The notes under the pieces: model-generated
What the model was told of the DNA's origin: nothing
What the model saw: the letters and a program-made list of their open reading frames with translations, nothing else
The model's database searches: none
Shown: positions 52,074 to 64,000 of the stretch, in pieces
Layout of the letters: each line of letters starts with the position of its first letter
Numbering within the stretch: the first letter of the stretch is position 1
Assembly (NCBI RefSeq): GCF_963921235.1
Contig: NC_086097.1
Span: 75,208,001 to 75,272,000 of the forward strand
Origin: Mobula hypostoma
Taxonomy: Eukaryota
Direction: 5' to 3'
Length of the DNA stretch: 64,000 nucleotides
Made by a program: the position numbers and the translations under genes

Positions 52074-52622
52074 GAGTCAAGTCAAGTCATTTAACTATAT
52101 ACATGTATACTGCCAAATGACACAAAGTTTCTCCAGACCAGGGCGTAAAGCCCAGCAGTACACATAACACACTGCAACTTAGGAAAGTAAGAATTAAATC
52201 TGCAAATGAATTATTCATAGATAAAGAATGAAAAGTGCATAATTGTAGGGTATAGTACAAATTATCCAAAGACACTACGGATGTGATGTGGCAGGGAGTA
52301 TAGAAGCCTAATGGCCTGAGGGAAGAAGTGGTTTCCCAGCCTAACTATTTGTGTCTTTATGCATCGGAGTCTCCTGCCTGATGGTAGAATGTCAAAGAGG
52401 ATGCTAGATGGATGGGTGGGATCCTTAATAATACTAAAGGACTTGAGTACACAGCGCTCCTGATAAATGTCCTCAATGGATGGATGGATGGTAGGGAGAC
52501 CCCTATGATCCTCTCTGCCAGTCTCACAATCCTTTGTAGGGACTTCCAGTCCGATGCTCTGCTGCTCCCACACCAGATGGAGATGCAGCTTGTCAGGATG
52601 CTCTCCATGGTGCTCCTGCAAA
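52074..52622 (-). mobile_element. Rex1/Babar LINE 3' fragment
   Basis: ESILTSCISIWCGSSRASDWKSLQRIVRLAERIIG and IIKDPTHPSSILFDILPSGRRLR; (TTGAC)n tail seen as AGTCA repeats at 52075-52089. Confidence 0.85.
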
Positions 52623-55600
52623 GTACTCAGTAACTCAGACATCAGTGGAAAGAGAAATATTTGGAATTATATTAAAAGTCTGAGGAAGTTTCTTGTACCT
52701 GAAGCACTAACTCTATTGAAGTTAATTTGTGCAGGTAATTTTCACTTGCACTAATTCAACACAATTTGCCAGGTAGTCAAGCCAAAGGAAGATTGACTTC
52801 CAGATTTCTGATCATAAAATCCTGCCTGTACCAGCCCCTTGGAGTGCCATTTGCATTATCGTAATACATGTGTACGCCATGTGTAATATTTGCATTTCAG
52901 TCATGCTTTAACAAGTTAAATAATTGATCTGCTTCATCAAAAAGCAGCTTATCCTGTGTAAGTTATAGTTAAATAACTTCTTTTTTAAACTGTCCCTTAC
53001 ACTAGGCATCTTTGAGGTTGATACCACGAATGAGAAATAGGACAAATGTAGACAACTCGGAGGACATAAAGATGTAAGTAAGAACATAGAGTGAGTGAGA
53101 GAAAAGACCAGTGGGAAAGGAAATCAAAAATTTTCTATAGGCATGTACATAGTACGGGGACAATGGGAGGAATAATGGAGCTGATCTGGAACAAAAGTCT
53201 TTGGGCAAAGGTATCTCCAGTCATGACGTTCCTTCCATTGAACGTCACAAGATTGGATAATATTCAGTTCCATTCACAATCGCTATCGCTGTGCAAATGA
53301 AGCAGCCCACACCTGCCTGCAGCAAGACATTCAGATGTGGGTTGATAAATGGCAAATAACGTTCTCATGACAAAATTGCTGATTTTCGTTAAATGTGGTA
53401 AATTGGCGTTGGTTGGGTTCTTTGCTTTCAAATAGACAAGAACCAGGGAGCATTGACAGTTGAGTGGACATGTCAGACAGAAATCATTCCAATTGGCAAG
53501 GGGGTGGAGAACAGGAAGACATCGAATGAGCAAGATTAGCAAACAAACCAAAAATCTTATTTATCAGAGTGAATGATTGGGATGTGAATGCATAGCCAGG
53601 ATTTAGGTGAGGTTTTGGGGAAGGACGTTATTAGAAGATTTAATCATAGCCTTCAAAACACAACTGGTTAAGCACTTGAAAAGGAAAAAAAAGGGGAAGG
53701 CTATTGGGAGAGGGTGGGATATAGGACTAGAATAGAAATGGGCCTTCCTCTAATTATGTGTTAAGTATGTAATACAACCGGGGCTGACACCAAATGATTC
53801 CTTTGCCTCATGGGCCTGTTGCCTAATTTACTGTATATCCTTCAGTCCCATAGACGCTCTTCCTTTCTTTCTCAGGCTGTCACTGTAATCTGCAAGCATA
53901 GTTGGTAAATCAGACACTTTTGCACCTTACTCTACCCATTCCTTGTCATATTTTGCACAGAATTACATAGGAATTGCATTGCTCTCTCCACAGCTGTACT
54001 TATTCACTGCACTATTTGTAACCCTTAGGTGCCAATTGTGCTGGTTAAAGAATGATTAAGCAACCTACTATTGGGAGTGATCAGATTGTGTGCTTTGTTT
54101 GTGTTAAGTTATGTGGAACTGAAAATGTGTTAAACTAGCCTGGGAGTTACAATTAGCTCTAATTTAACACACTCTAGGTGGATTAAGAGAAAATTAAACC
54201 ACTATATGAGTTTAAATAATTGGCTTTGGCTATTATACTAATGATATGAACCCTACTGCTAGGACCAAATGATTTGCAGTGCATTTTTTATATAAATAGC
54301 AACAATAAGTATTTGTATTTTTAACAAATTTCTTTATTTTTAAATTTGAATGCTGTTAACAGTATAATTACTCTCCACAATTTGATTTTGCCAGTAAGAA
54401 TGTGAGGAAAATCAGTAGACGTACATTTTCTTCTTAAAATGTCTGTATTAAGCACAATATGTCGATTCAGTGAATTAAATTAAACCAAAATAGAGTTCCA
54501 CAAATCCAACTCTCTTTAAACCATAAAAGCATCGAATCTACTAGTTTGTGTTGCAAATGAATAATTTAGGTGTCTAGTTATAATCGGAACCCATACATAC
54601 ACATACACTAAATAGGTGAGGGAATCTTGCGCTGGTTTAGCATATGCTATCCTAACCTTGAGCCAGTGACCTATATTGTGATGCAGTGTATGTATGCAAA
54701 GTGCATTGATGTAAATTAAGCAGTTCTACTTGTGTCTTAGAATTAAATTTTTCATGTTCAAAGACTCGAGATTAGACATTGACTTCATTATTTTAGTCTG
54801 AGGCATTTCTTCATTTAAATATTTATTACTGTAAATAATTGAATAATTAAAATGAAAATGATGACAATTTGTATTTTTTAATTTCACCATTCTAGGAGGT
54901 GGAAGATCCTAATTGGGTTATTAATTAGCTGATACAGAAGTCCACTTAAAAATACAAAGCAGGCTGGATACTCCTGTTTAGTGAATATAATTTTAAGTAC
55001 ATTATGCTTTTAACATGTAAAAGGTCCAAGCCTTTCAGCATCTTCACCTTCATATCCACTCAAGGCTATTAATACCTAATCCATGCTTGCTATATTGATT
55101 AATTACTCTGCAGCTTTCTTTGAGGGACTGTTCCAAATGCGTGTTCTTCATCCAGTCTCGCAGTATTAGTGGTATGGTTTTTGTCTTTGTGATCACCTTT
55201 GACCAGATTGAAGGTTTCTTCCACAAATTTATTTATTCATAATCCTAATCAAGAATTTCACCTCAGGCTGTGCGGGAAAATTGTATGGTTCATTAAATTT
55301 ATTTTTATACAGTGACTTTTACTAGTAAACCAAATGTAGCTGATTATCACTGACTTGTCCACAGTTCCTTCTTGCCTTGCATGCACACAGCCACTTGCAT
55401 ATTCAAATTTTATGCCTGTATCTAATTCCGCTCTTGCTTCCGTAAGCTTGCTCTTTGCCATTTTTATTCCAAAATTGGCTGCAGCTTTCAAAATTAGCAA
55501 AACTGTTTCCCAAGACACCATAGAGCAAAATAAAAAAAAAATACATTTTGATGCTTGCCAACTTGGCCATCTTAATCCAGCACAATGCTTTTTTTGTGTG

Positions 55601-57264
55601 ATTTTAAACTGCCGATGGCATAGTGTGCTAAATGATCAGTCTTTCAAGACATTAACATTTGTGGTTTTGGATCCAGATCCTACTGCTGTTAACTGCGTGG
55701 CCATATGCATAAATGCAAGGGTAATAACAATTTGCTAATTTTTATTTTCGAAATGCATTCAATCTTATGAATATGTTTCAGAAAAAAACTGTTAGATATT
55801 AAAGACTTTTGTTCCAGAGACATTTTCTCTACTCATACACTGTTTGCAGCCGCATTACCCCTTTCATCAGCCTATTGTGTGCATGCAAGGGCTGTTGCTA
55901 TGGCAGTAATGTTGGACTGCAATTAAGTTCAGTTTTTGTAAAGTTACGTAGGCTAGAATTAGTTTTATTTGTTATTTCAGTCAGGTTGATACCTCATCAA
56001 AACATTTAATCGATGCTATATAGGGATGCAAAAAAATTACATACCATTGATGGAAAATCATAGGGTAACAATAATAAAATTATAATGAGATTCAGTGTTT
56101 TACGAAAAAGTATTTTTAAGCTGTGGACTGACTTTGTAACAATATTACAGCTAAGTGTGCACATTTCATGATAAATTTAAAGAAGCCTTGATAATTTTAT
56201 GTCACAGGTGATAACAAATACTTTTTAAAAGCCTGAATTTGGTAAGGGAACTATTGGCCTTGTTGCAATCTATAGATCAGTCACCAAATAGCAGTCAATG
56301 TGCTGAGCAATGTTTGCAGCAAATTAATTACCTTCTACTCTGGTTTTGCTAGGCTCAGGGGAAAAAAGGAGAGAAAATGACTGTTTTACCAGAACATGTC
56401 ATATTCAAGCAAATAGGTTCAGACTTTTTTGGTTAAAATAAGACCCATTCGCAAATACATTCATTGATTTTCTTTTACTATCAGAGCAGGATAAAGGATG
56501 AAAATAACACACTGTCAATCCTAGGCTGCCAAGTTAAAAAAAAAATCGATGATTACTTCTGAAAAACATCAGATGACTGCATTCCAAAATCACATCTGCT
56601 GCAATACTCCAGTAATTTCTGTGATTGCTTCCACTTCTTCAATGTTCTTAGCAATAGCAGATCCTCTCAGCTTACCCAAGGCAACAATTAGCTTACACTA
56701 ATGATTTTATTTTAAAAAATGTGATTATATCTAATTCTTTCAGTTGGTTAAAATAAGCAAATAACAATAAGGAAATTCTGTTTCTCTGCTAAATGCAATT
56801 TAGATCCCTCACTATTTCTTATGATCTACACCCAACGTGACTAAGTAAGCTGTATTTCCTATTCATGTTATTACATTTTTGTGAAGTGTTCACCATTCTC
56901 TGAATCAGGGCTAAATTCACTGAACAAATTCATCATCTCTCATGTTAAACATGCAATCAAATTTCCAAAGAAGACCATCAAATCTTTCTTTTTGGACTAT
57001 GAATCGTGTCATATTGATAGGGCTAACTGAAAGAAAGCAAAACCTCATTAAGTTCTCTTCCACTATAGCTGAAGACCAGGACTATTAAAACTATTAGTGT
57101 TTAGTTTTATGAATCAGTTAACCTTAAACTAAAACCTTCAACTAATAGGACAACTAACTCCTTTATCTTTATGTACTTTACTGATACCGATAGCAGGTAA
57201 CTTGAATGTATAGCAACACATGAAGTTCTGCAATGAAGTGCTGAAGCCCAGGAGGAGTTGCATA

Positions 57265-57400
57265 TGATGGAAATCTGGAGCAACACACAAAATGCTGGAG
57301 AAATTCAGTGGGCCAACAGCATCTGTGGAAGGAAATGGACAGTTGACATGTTGGGGTGAATGCTCTCATGATGACCCTTCGCGATTCAGTCCTGATGAAG
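57265..57400 (-). mobile_element. PLE pLTR fragment
   Basis: GCAACACACAAAATGCTGGAGAAATTCAG motif, plus an inverted CAGTCCTGATGAAG hammerhead half at 57387-57400. Confidence 0.65.
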
Positions 57401-60400
57401 CATCATATTTGTATTTGCCTCCACAACCCAGGAAACAAGGGTTTATGTCAGTATTTGTTTAAATAAATTCTTAAACTAAGCTGGTTTTAAAAATCGTCAA
57501 ATTCTTTATTCCAGCACCAAGAACAGCTGAAACAATTCTTTTGCTCAAAAATATCCAAAGCTGTTGTTCATATTGTGGGTAATGATGAACAGGGTTTCTC
57601 TACTACAAGACTTCTTAACCAACCATGTTATGTGCTGTAGGTTGGAGTAGACTGGAAGAAGTTAATGATATCTAGGAAACAACATCTAGCTATAAATAAT
57701 ATTTGGATGTTTTACGAAATTGCTATTATGCACACATTTAACCAGAACTTTCTCTATTGAAGTGGGGCTTAAAGGGCAATTAATATATTTTTCTCATTCT
57801 GTGCCTTCACATAGTATTTTCACATAGTCAAATGAGATATGCTGAAATAGGCCTGACAGGATGATGCGCAGAATTGGTTTTTACATCCAAAAAAATCAGC
57901 TGTGTTTTGAAAAATAGTCAAAATTCTAACTCTTAGAATTCCACTTGGAGAGAAGAGGGTAGTAAATATGAGTAAATATGCATTTATGTGTCCTTGATGT
58001 TTAGCATTAAATTAATCTGGTAAAATTAGATTATTCAAGAATGAAACAACAGGTAGAAGTCACCCAAGAACAATCCTATAGTGTAAATCAAGTCAATGAC
58101 AGAACTCCGAGCAGTGGCCAATGCACGCTTACTGTAGAGGCTTTAAGAAATTCCTTACTGCTTGCTCCCACTGAAAGTAAACTTGTCTTTTGTATTTATT
58201 CCCTCATTTGCTGTCAAACTTTCTAATACCCTGCCCCTCCAGTGGTCTTAGGCAGATTAACCGGCCTAATTGGACTTAAGCTTCTGTGAACAGAGAAAAG
58301 AAGTGGGGGATAGCCTCTCCAAGTCCTTCAGTCACTTCCTCCTGCTCAACTGGCCTGCCCAGCCAAGCTGAAACTGTGCTCATTGTCATGTTGGAGTGCG
58401 TTAATTAGAGAGTAGACTAATTTTCAAGGATGCACTCTGCCCTTTAGATGGTAATTTAAAATTGAAAATGATGTGAATTGTACAAAGGCATTCTATTCTG
58501 GGGAGCAGCCAGTTTTGATATGGTGCTTTTGGCTTTTTTTCCTTTTAATAATTGTTTAAACCAGATGCAATTTACTATGTCTCAAATTAATGCCTACCAA
58601 CATTAGCTCTCAGTTTATCCACCGTCCATTCCTAACATTTGGTCTGCATTCTTTTTTTCTATGAGAGTTTTAGATCTTAATAAGGTTGGAGACTTATCTG
58701 ATTTTAACTGTGAATCAAATATAAGTTTTTCTATTGACATGTTTACTACAGGCAGCAACACATAAAATAAAGGAAAAGACTAATAACTGCCTTTGTTTCT
58801 CATTCCCATAATCTATTATTACACTACATATCATATTGACAATTCTTTCATTAGATATTTAAAAGATTTGGTGCATGCAGTCCTTTCCAACATTTGCCGC
58901 AAAGTCACAAATTGACACATTTTGGGTGATGATGATTCGATGGATTGCACTGTTGGTCTCAAGTGCAGTAAGTGAATTGTAAAATGTCTCTGTGTTAATT
59001 TTTTTCAGTACCTTTGGGCAGCAGTTCCTTCACTAGTTAGGGGATGAGGTTGCAAAGGCAGCTTTGTTGCTGTATTTTCAACTCATTGAAAACTCGAGTG
59101 CCCATATGAATGTGATTGTGCCTGAGGCTAGATGCAGCTTTCCTGCTCTCTGGTGCTCCCATTGTTTATCAATAGCACTCTGCTCTGGGTTGCATGGTTG
59201 TGTTTTGAACTGTCTGCATTTCATTTCAAAAGCAACACAATTAATATTTTTGCTGCACATCACAAGATTTCAAAATGTCAACAATTAATAAAGTAACAGA
59301 TACAAAAAGTGCAATTAAAAATAAATAAACAACCTTACTCTTTCAGAGCTTTCCCTCCCACATATTATTCACCGCCACTGTTGATTTTACCATATTACTC
59401 ATAGTTATCAGGGAGGCATAAATATTGTACCCGACACTTATCCCCTTGTTATTCTTCTTTCCCAGTGTGATATCAGAATTGTTCCATTGGCAGTGAGCCA
59501 CTTCTGGACTAGAATTGTTGTCATGATTTGTGTATACAATAACTGTAGTAAACTTCAAAGGGTAGTTCATTATATTAGTTAGTTTGAGACATTCCAAGAA
59601 CAAGCTAAGGGGAGAAAGAAATAACAACTTATTCCTACTGAGTATGATAAAAAACAGGATCAATTATTTCTATTCATATCAATGCAAATATTTATTTTAG
59701 TTTTGCTTCTAAGGTCTTGGATAAAAAATGGTTAAGCCCAGCCATAAAGGATGGCAGAGCTTCACTGCAGGGCTTGATGTGTGGGCTGTTTGAGTGAGAG
59801 CACAGTGTTTCCCTGCAGATTCTTTTTGTCTTGCAAAGTAGCAGATTGTTGCATTTATTAAATAAAAGCTGAGTTTTGGTGAACCGGGATCAATTTAAGA
59901 TGACACGCATGTATATGACTGAAGGGATCTGCTCTGTTAACCAATAAAAAGTATTGGAGCAAAAAACTATTATGCTGATTCCCTACTGTAAAATATGGGC
60001 AAGTAAGACCAATTTCATCACTTATGCCCCGTTGATGCTCTGAAGCAGAACTGCTGCCACATGAGGTGAGGTAAATTTTGTTTAAGCTGATGAAGTCATT
60101 AGTCTCTGAAATATACTTGTGCGAGATCCATTGCCTGTTAAGAGACCTATCTATGAACTAATAAACACTGAGCACAGCTCTGCACTGGTGACCATCAACC
60201 CAGAAAATAGAAGTTAACCTTTTTTCGAGCATTTTTTAGTCTGCTGGCAGCTCGTAAGACTTCTTCAGTTGAGTCACTTGGTGGCATCATCAGCAAGGAA
60301 CAAAACTGATTCTTGCAAAAACTTGCAGTTGTATCAATGAGGCCCTGTAGTCAAATTCCCAGTGATCTCTGGGGAGCACATCCTTAGTCAGAAACTGTAA

Positions 60401-63227
60401 TCAGGTGCAAACAGATCTCTTCACCTACTTCGATTGCAAAAGAAGCTCTTCTGCTCTCATACATGGTAATATAGCTGTAGTCAGGTGGCTTAGGTAGAGA
60501 GAAGATACGAATTTATTTTCACTATATAAAGGTAAATTGAAGAAGATTAATTTAGTCTTTTGGTGGTTATCTCCTGCATGATTTAATCTCATCAAGCTTA
60601 ACAGTAGCTTTGTTCAGACCTTTTGCATGTCATTGATGTTCTCAGGGACACAAGACTACACAGATGGACAAAGCCTACTCCAGTTAGGGGTGACTAATGA
60701 TTTTAGTCACTCATTCCTTGGGTGGCATTTGATCCCAAAATTGGTCCTTCCTGCCTATCATTCATGAAGGTCATTTCCCAGTGATGGCATGAATCAGCGC
60801 AATGCGCCATAGTTTAACAAACCTAGATGTTGCTCCTCTGGAGCCTGGTTGCTATTTGGAGTGGTAATTTTGCCTGGAAAATGGGCAGAATTGGGGTTGA
60901 TTTCTTCCCTAATTTTTCACAAAACAACTTTCAATATCCCCCACCCAGTGTAAAATCATCAACTTCCATCAGAAGGAATTGATGCTTACTTTGTTTTATT
61001 TTTACTTCTGCTGATGTGGCATGGTTGCTTCTATCTGAATGAGCGAGGGAGCTTCATGTGGCTTAGAGAGGTTCTGCTGTAGATAACAGAAAAAGTTGGG
61101 TGATATGATTTCATTCATATCATTCAGCTACAGGATAGAAATAACTGACATCTAGTGGTTTGTTAGTTCTTCTCCATGCTTCCTGTTTTAAATCAACGGT
61201 AGCCACACTCGCTACTTCATCACCTACAAGACAAGTGTAATGGGAAAAGGAACCAAGTCTCTGATAGGCACATGTGTATGGGATGCAAACAGTGACTTCC
61301 CTGATTCTGGCTGCAGTGAATCAGAGTGCTCTTTTTACATAGGCTCTTATTATACCATACACCCATCTTCTCATTACAGATATGACAGCAAACAATGCAG
61401 ACCAATTCATTTAATATTTTTATCCATCTCAACATTTTCATCAGAAAGCTCAAATGGCCTGTTAGCTTTGATAGACCAGTTGATCTCAAATTCTGAATTC
61501 TATTATGCTTCACCTTCCCACTACAATATCCAATTGGCAAATTAAACTGCTAGCTTTATCAGCTGTACTTCTCATAACTTTATTGCCTTTGTTTTTTCAT
61601 ATCAATTTTCAGATAGAAGTAAATTGTAAAAACAATTTCTTTTCTGTTATTAATTCTAATGCCCTCCATCATAGTCTTAATAAGTTTGTGCTTGAGTTTT
61701 CCACAACTGGACAACCCTGGGACAGTTTTAATGTACTTTGGGGAATGAAATAGACATTCTTACCGAATATGTACTAAATGTCACTCCAGACCCTGTACCA
61801 TGGTTGACTTTTAACTGCCTCCTTAGTTCAAGGGGTAATTAGCCAGTGACGACCACCTCTGATAATCTAAATTAATGTTTGACCCAGCCACTGTCTATTC
61901 TTTCTTTTCTGAAGTTAGAGTCCCATCATTTCAAAAATACTGTATTTATTTCCTTTTCCAAATCAATGAATTCGACTGCATATTCTGCTTTTCCCTTTCA
62001 ACTGCCAAGCTTCCAATAAATAGTCCATTCCTGCAGCTACTCAGCCACATACTAAAAAGAAACTTGCAGTTGTCCTCAACTGCTGAATTTGAATTTGAAC
62101 TAAGAAATGCTCCCATCTTCAAAATGTAAATATTGTTAAAATAATGTTGAACAGAGGCTCATATGTTTCTCTTTCAAATTTAGCTGAAGTTATATGACAC
62201 CCTTCAGGTTTCTTTTTATCAGTATCTGACCCCAGAACTCTCTTCTACTGAAAATTAGTGTGATCATGGTAATCTGATTACTATTACAACAATCTCATAC
62301 CAGGTAACTTCTCTGGTCCTCCAAGAGAAAAAAAAGAAGTTAGTCATCTGCACTTTTATATTTATTAGACAGTGGGAAACAATCTGCTGATTAATTTCTC
62401 TTTCTTCACTTGTGCCCGTTCGACCACTTATTTTTTTCCAAACTGACTATAAATCCATGCACTTGGGGATCCCAGCCTTCTCTAAGATTTCATGGGAGTG
62501 AATTTGTGCATAAACCAAGCTATAATATTAGCTGCCTATTTCTGAGACAGAATTGCCAAGCTGCTACTGGTATACTAGTATCATTTATTTTACCCCTACA
62601 TCATTACATTTTCTCATTTTTAAGATCTTTCACATTTTCCTACCTTTTACACACACATTTGCATTGAAGTGGATCAACACCTTTGTAATGCTGTGAAAAT
62701 ACTGCCCCAAGAGGACTGACAAAACATTGACATTTAACACATTGGTAGGACACTGGCAAAGAATACTAAGGATGAAAATCATGCTTGTGTTATTAAATGA
62801 CAGTAGAAACTCCTGACCTGTGATATATAGATGGAAAGGTGAACAAAATCAGCTTGATAGGGTAAACTATCATTGCTTGTCAAAATACCCCGTCAAAATC
62901 CAAACAAAAGAAGAACTAATCTTACAGGAGTCTTGCCTCACAGTCTTACTCACTAGCTTTCAAAGGCTGTGTACTTCTGATTTCCAATGTTCCTGAAAAT
63001 AAAACATTGATTTCCAAAATCAGTGACTGGGGAACAATGTACAGGCTGTAATAGCCTATGTCTTGCCATTGTTTTCCAATTCTATACACTAGCTCTGAGT
63101 GTTTCTTATAAAGTCATGTCAGAAATTTCTATTTCCATTCCTTACATGACTTTAAATACTGCACAAAGTTAGGGACTGAGCAGTTAAGTTGCATGAGTAA
63201 AGCTCCTGTCCTACCTTTGTGGTCAGT

Positions 63228-63320
63228 AATACACACAAAATGCTGGAGGAACTTAGCAGATCAGGCAGTATCGATGGAAGGGAATAAACAGTCAACGTTT
63301 TGGGCTGAGACCCTTCATGA
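63228..63320 (-). mobile_element. PLE pLTR fragment
   Basis: ACACACAAAATGCTGGAGGAACTTAGCAG...GTCAACGTTTTGGGCTGAGACCCTTCAT, truncated within the hammerhead core. Confidence 0.7.
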
Positions 63321-64000
63321 AGGCTCTTTGTCCTCATGTCCTTAAAGTTAAGATTCCAGTATCTTTGGGGTTTCAGAAGTAGAAGCAAATGCAAATGATT
63401 CATGGACTAGTATCATACAACCTAGGTTAAAGCTCTCATTTTAAAATCAAGCGGACATAAACCTACAGTAAATTAGCCATTAATCCTGATATTTTTGCAT
63501 TAATATTGCTATGTACACTTGGACAAAGGATTATATGCAAGGAATAAGAGTTAATTTCAGCCCCAATGATATTGCATAACATGTGATTATATTGAAACTT
63601 CGTACTGCACATGATCATTAATGTTTTATTGACAATTATAAATTTAATCATAAAATAATATTTCGTCAATGTTTTTCTGTCATCGTTCTCACATTTCTGC
63701 ATGTGGAAAGCACGACAATGTTCTGGAATTTGCTGGCTAGCCTCCTAAATGAGCAATAAGTCCTGAATCCTCACGCACACAATACTAACAATGGTAGAAC
63801 CAGACTTAAAGAGAGATTACTGAGTTTATCAATTCACTTCACTGCTCAATTGTAGGTAGAACCCAACCTTGTTGAGACTCCCTAGCACTGACACTACACG
63901 TTTACCTCTTGGATCCTGTGCCAAGTCACATAAGTTTTGATTCCAAACAGGTGGATGGGGCAATGATTTCAGGCTCAAATATTGACAGCTTTATTTTATC

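Noticed and set aside
55010..55521. Cluster of minus-strand exon-like reading frames (VSWETVLLILKAAANFG..., FVEETFNLVKG..., VLIALSGYEGEDAERLG)
   Set aside because: The acceptor at about 55522 is not AG, the frames do not join without stops, and no protein family is recognisable.

Overview
Eukaryotic, AT-rich, repeat-dense genomic DNA, most likely from a cartilaginous fish (a ray or shark; inferred from the repeat families: Penelope pLTR motif CAACACACAAAATGCTGGAGGAACTCAGCAG, V-SINE, DeuSINE, Rex1/Babar, CR1 and R4). I could not recognise any intact host protein-coding gene, so the window looks like a large intron or gene desert. The ORFs I can identify are decayed transposon fragments. It contains: a truncated Gypsy (427-3011); a Gypsy with both LTRs, a PNMA-like gag and an internal deletion (16742-22095); a solo LTR; a 1.36-kb non-coding LTR mini-element with a Tf1/sushi-type self-priming signature (50315-51675); many Penelope-derived inverted inserts with 12-14 bp TSDs and minimal hammerhead ribozyme motifs; several Rex1/Babar LINEs, CR1 and R4/Dong LINEs, SINEs and two MITEs. 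Repeat-poor stretches hold enhancer-like sequence, including a CpG-rich multi-hairpin block at about 47.5 kb. All calls are made by eye; family names and boundaries are approximate unless a TSD or terminal repeat is quoted.
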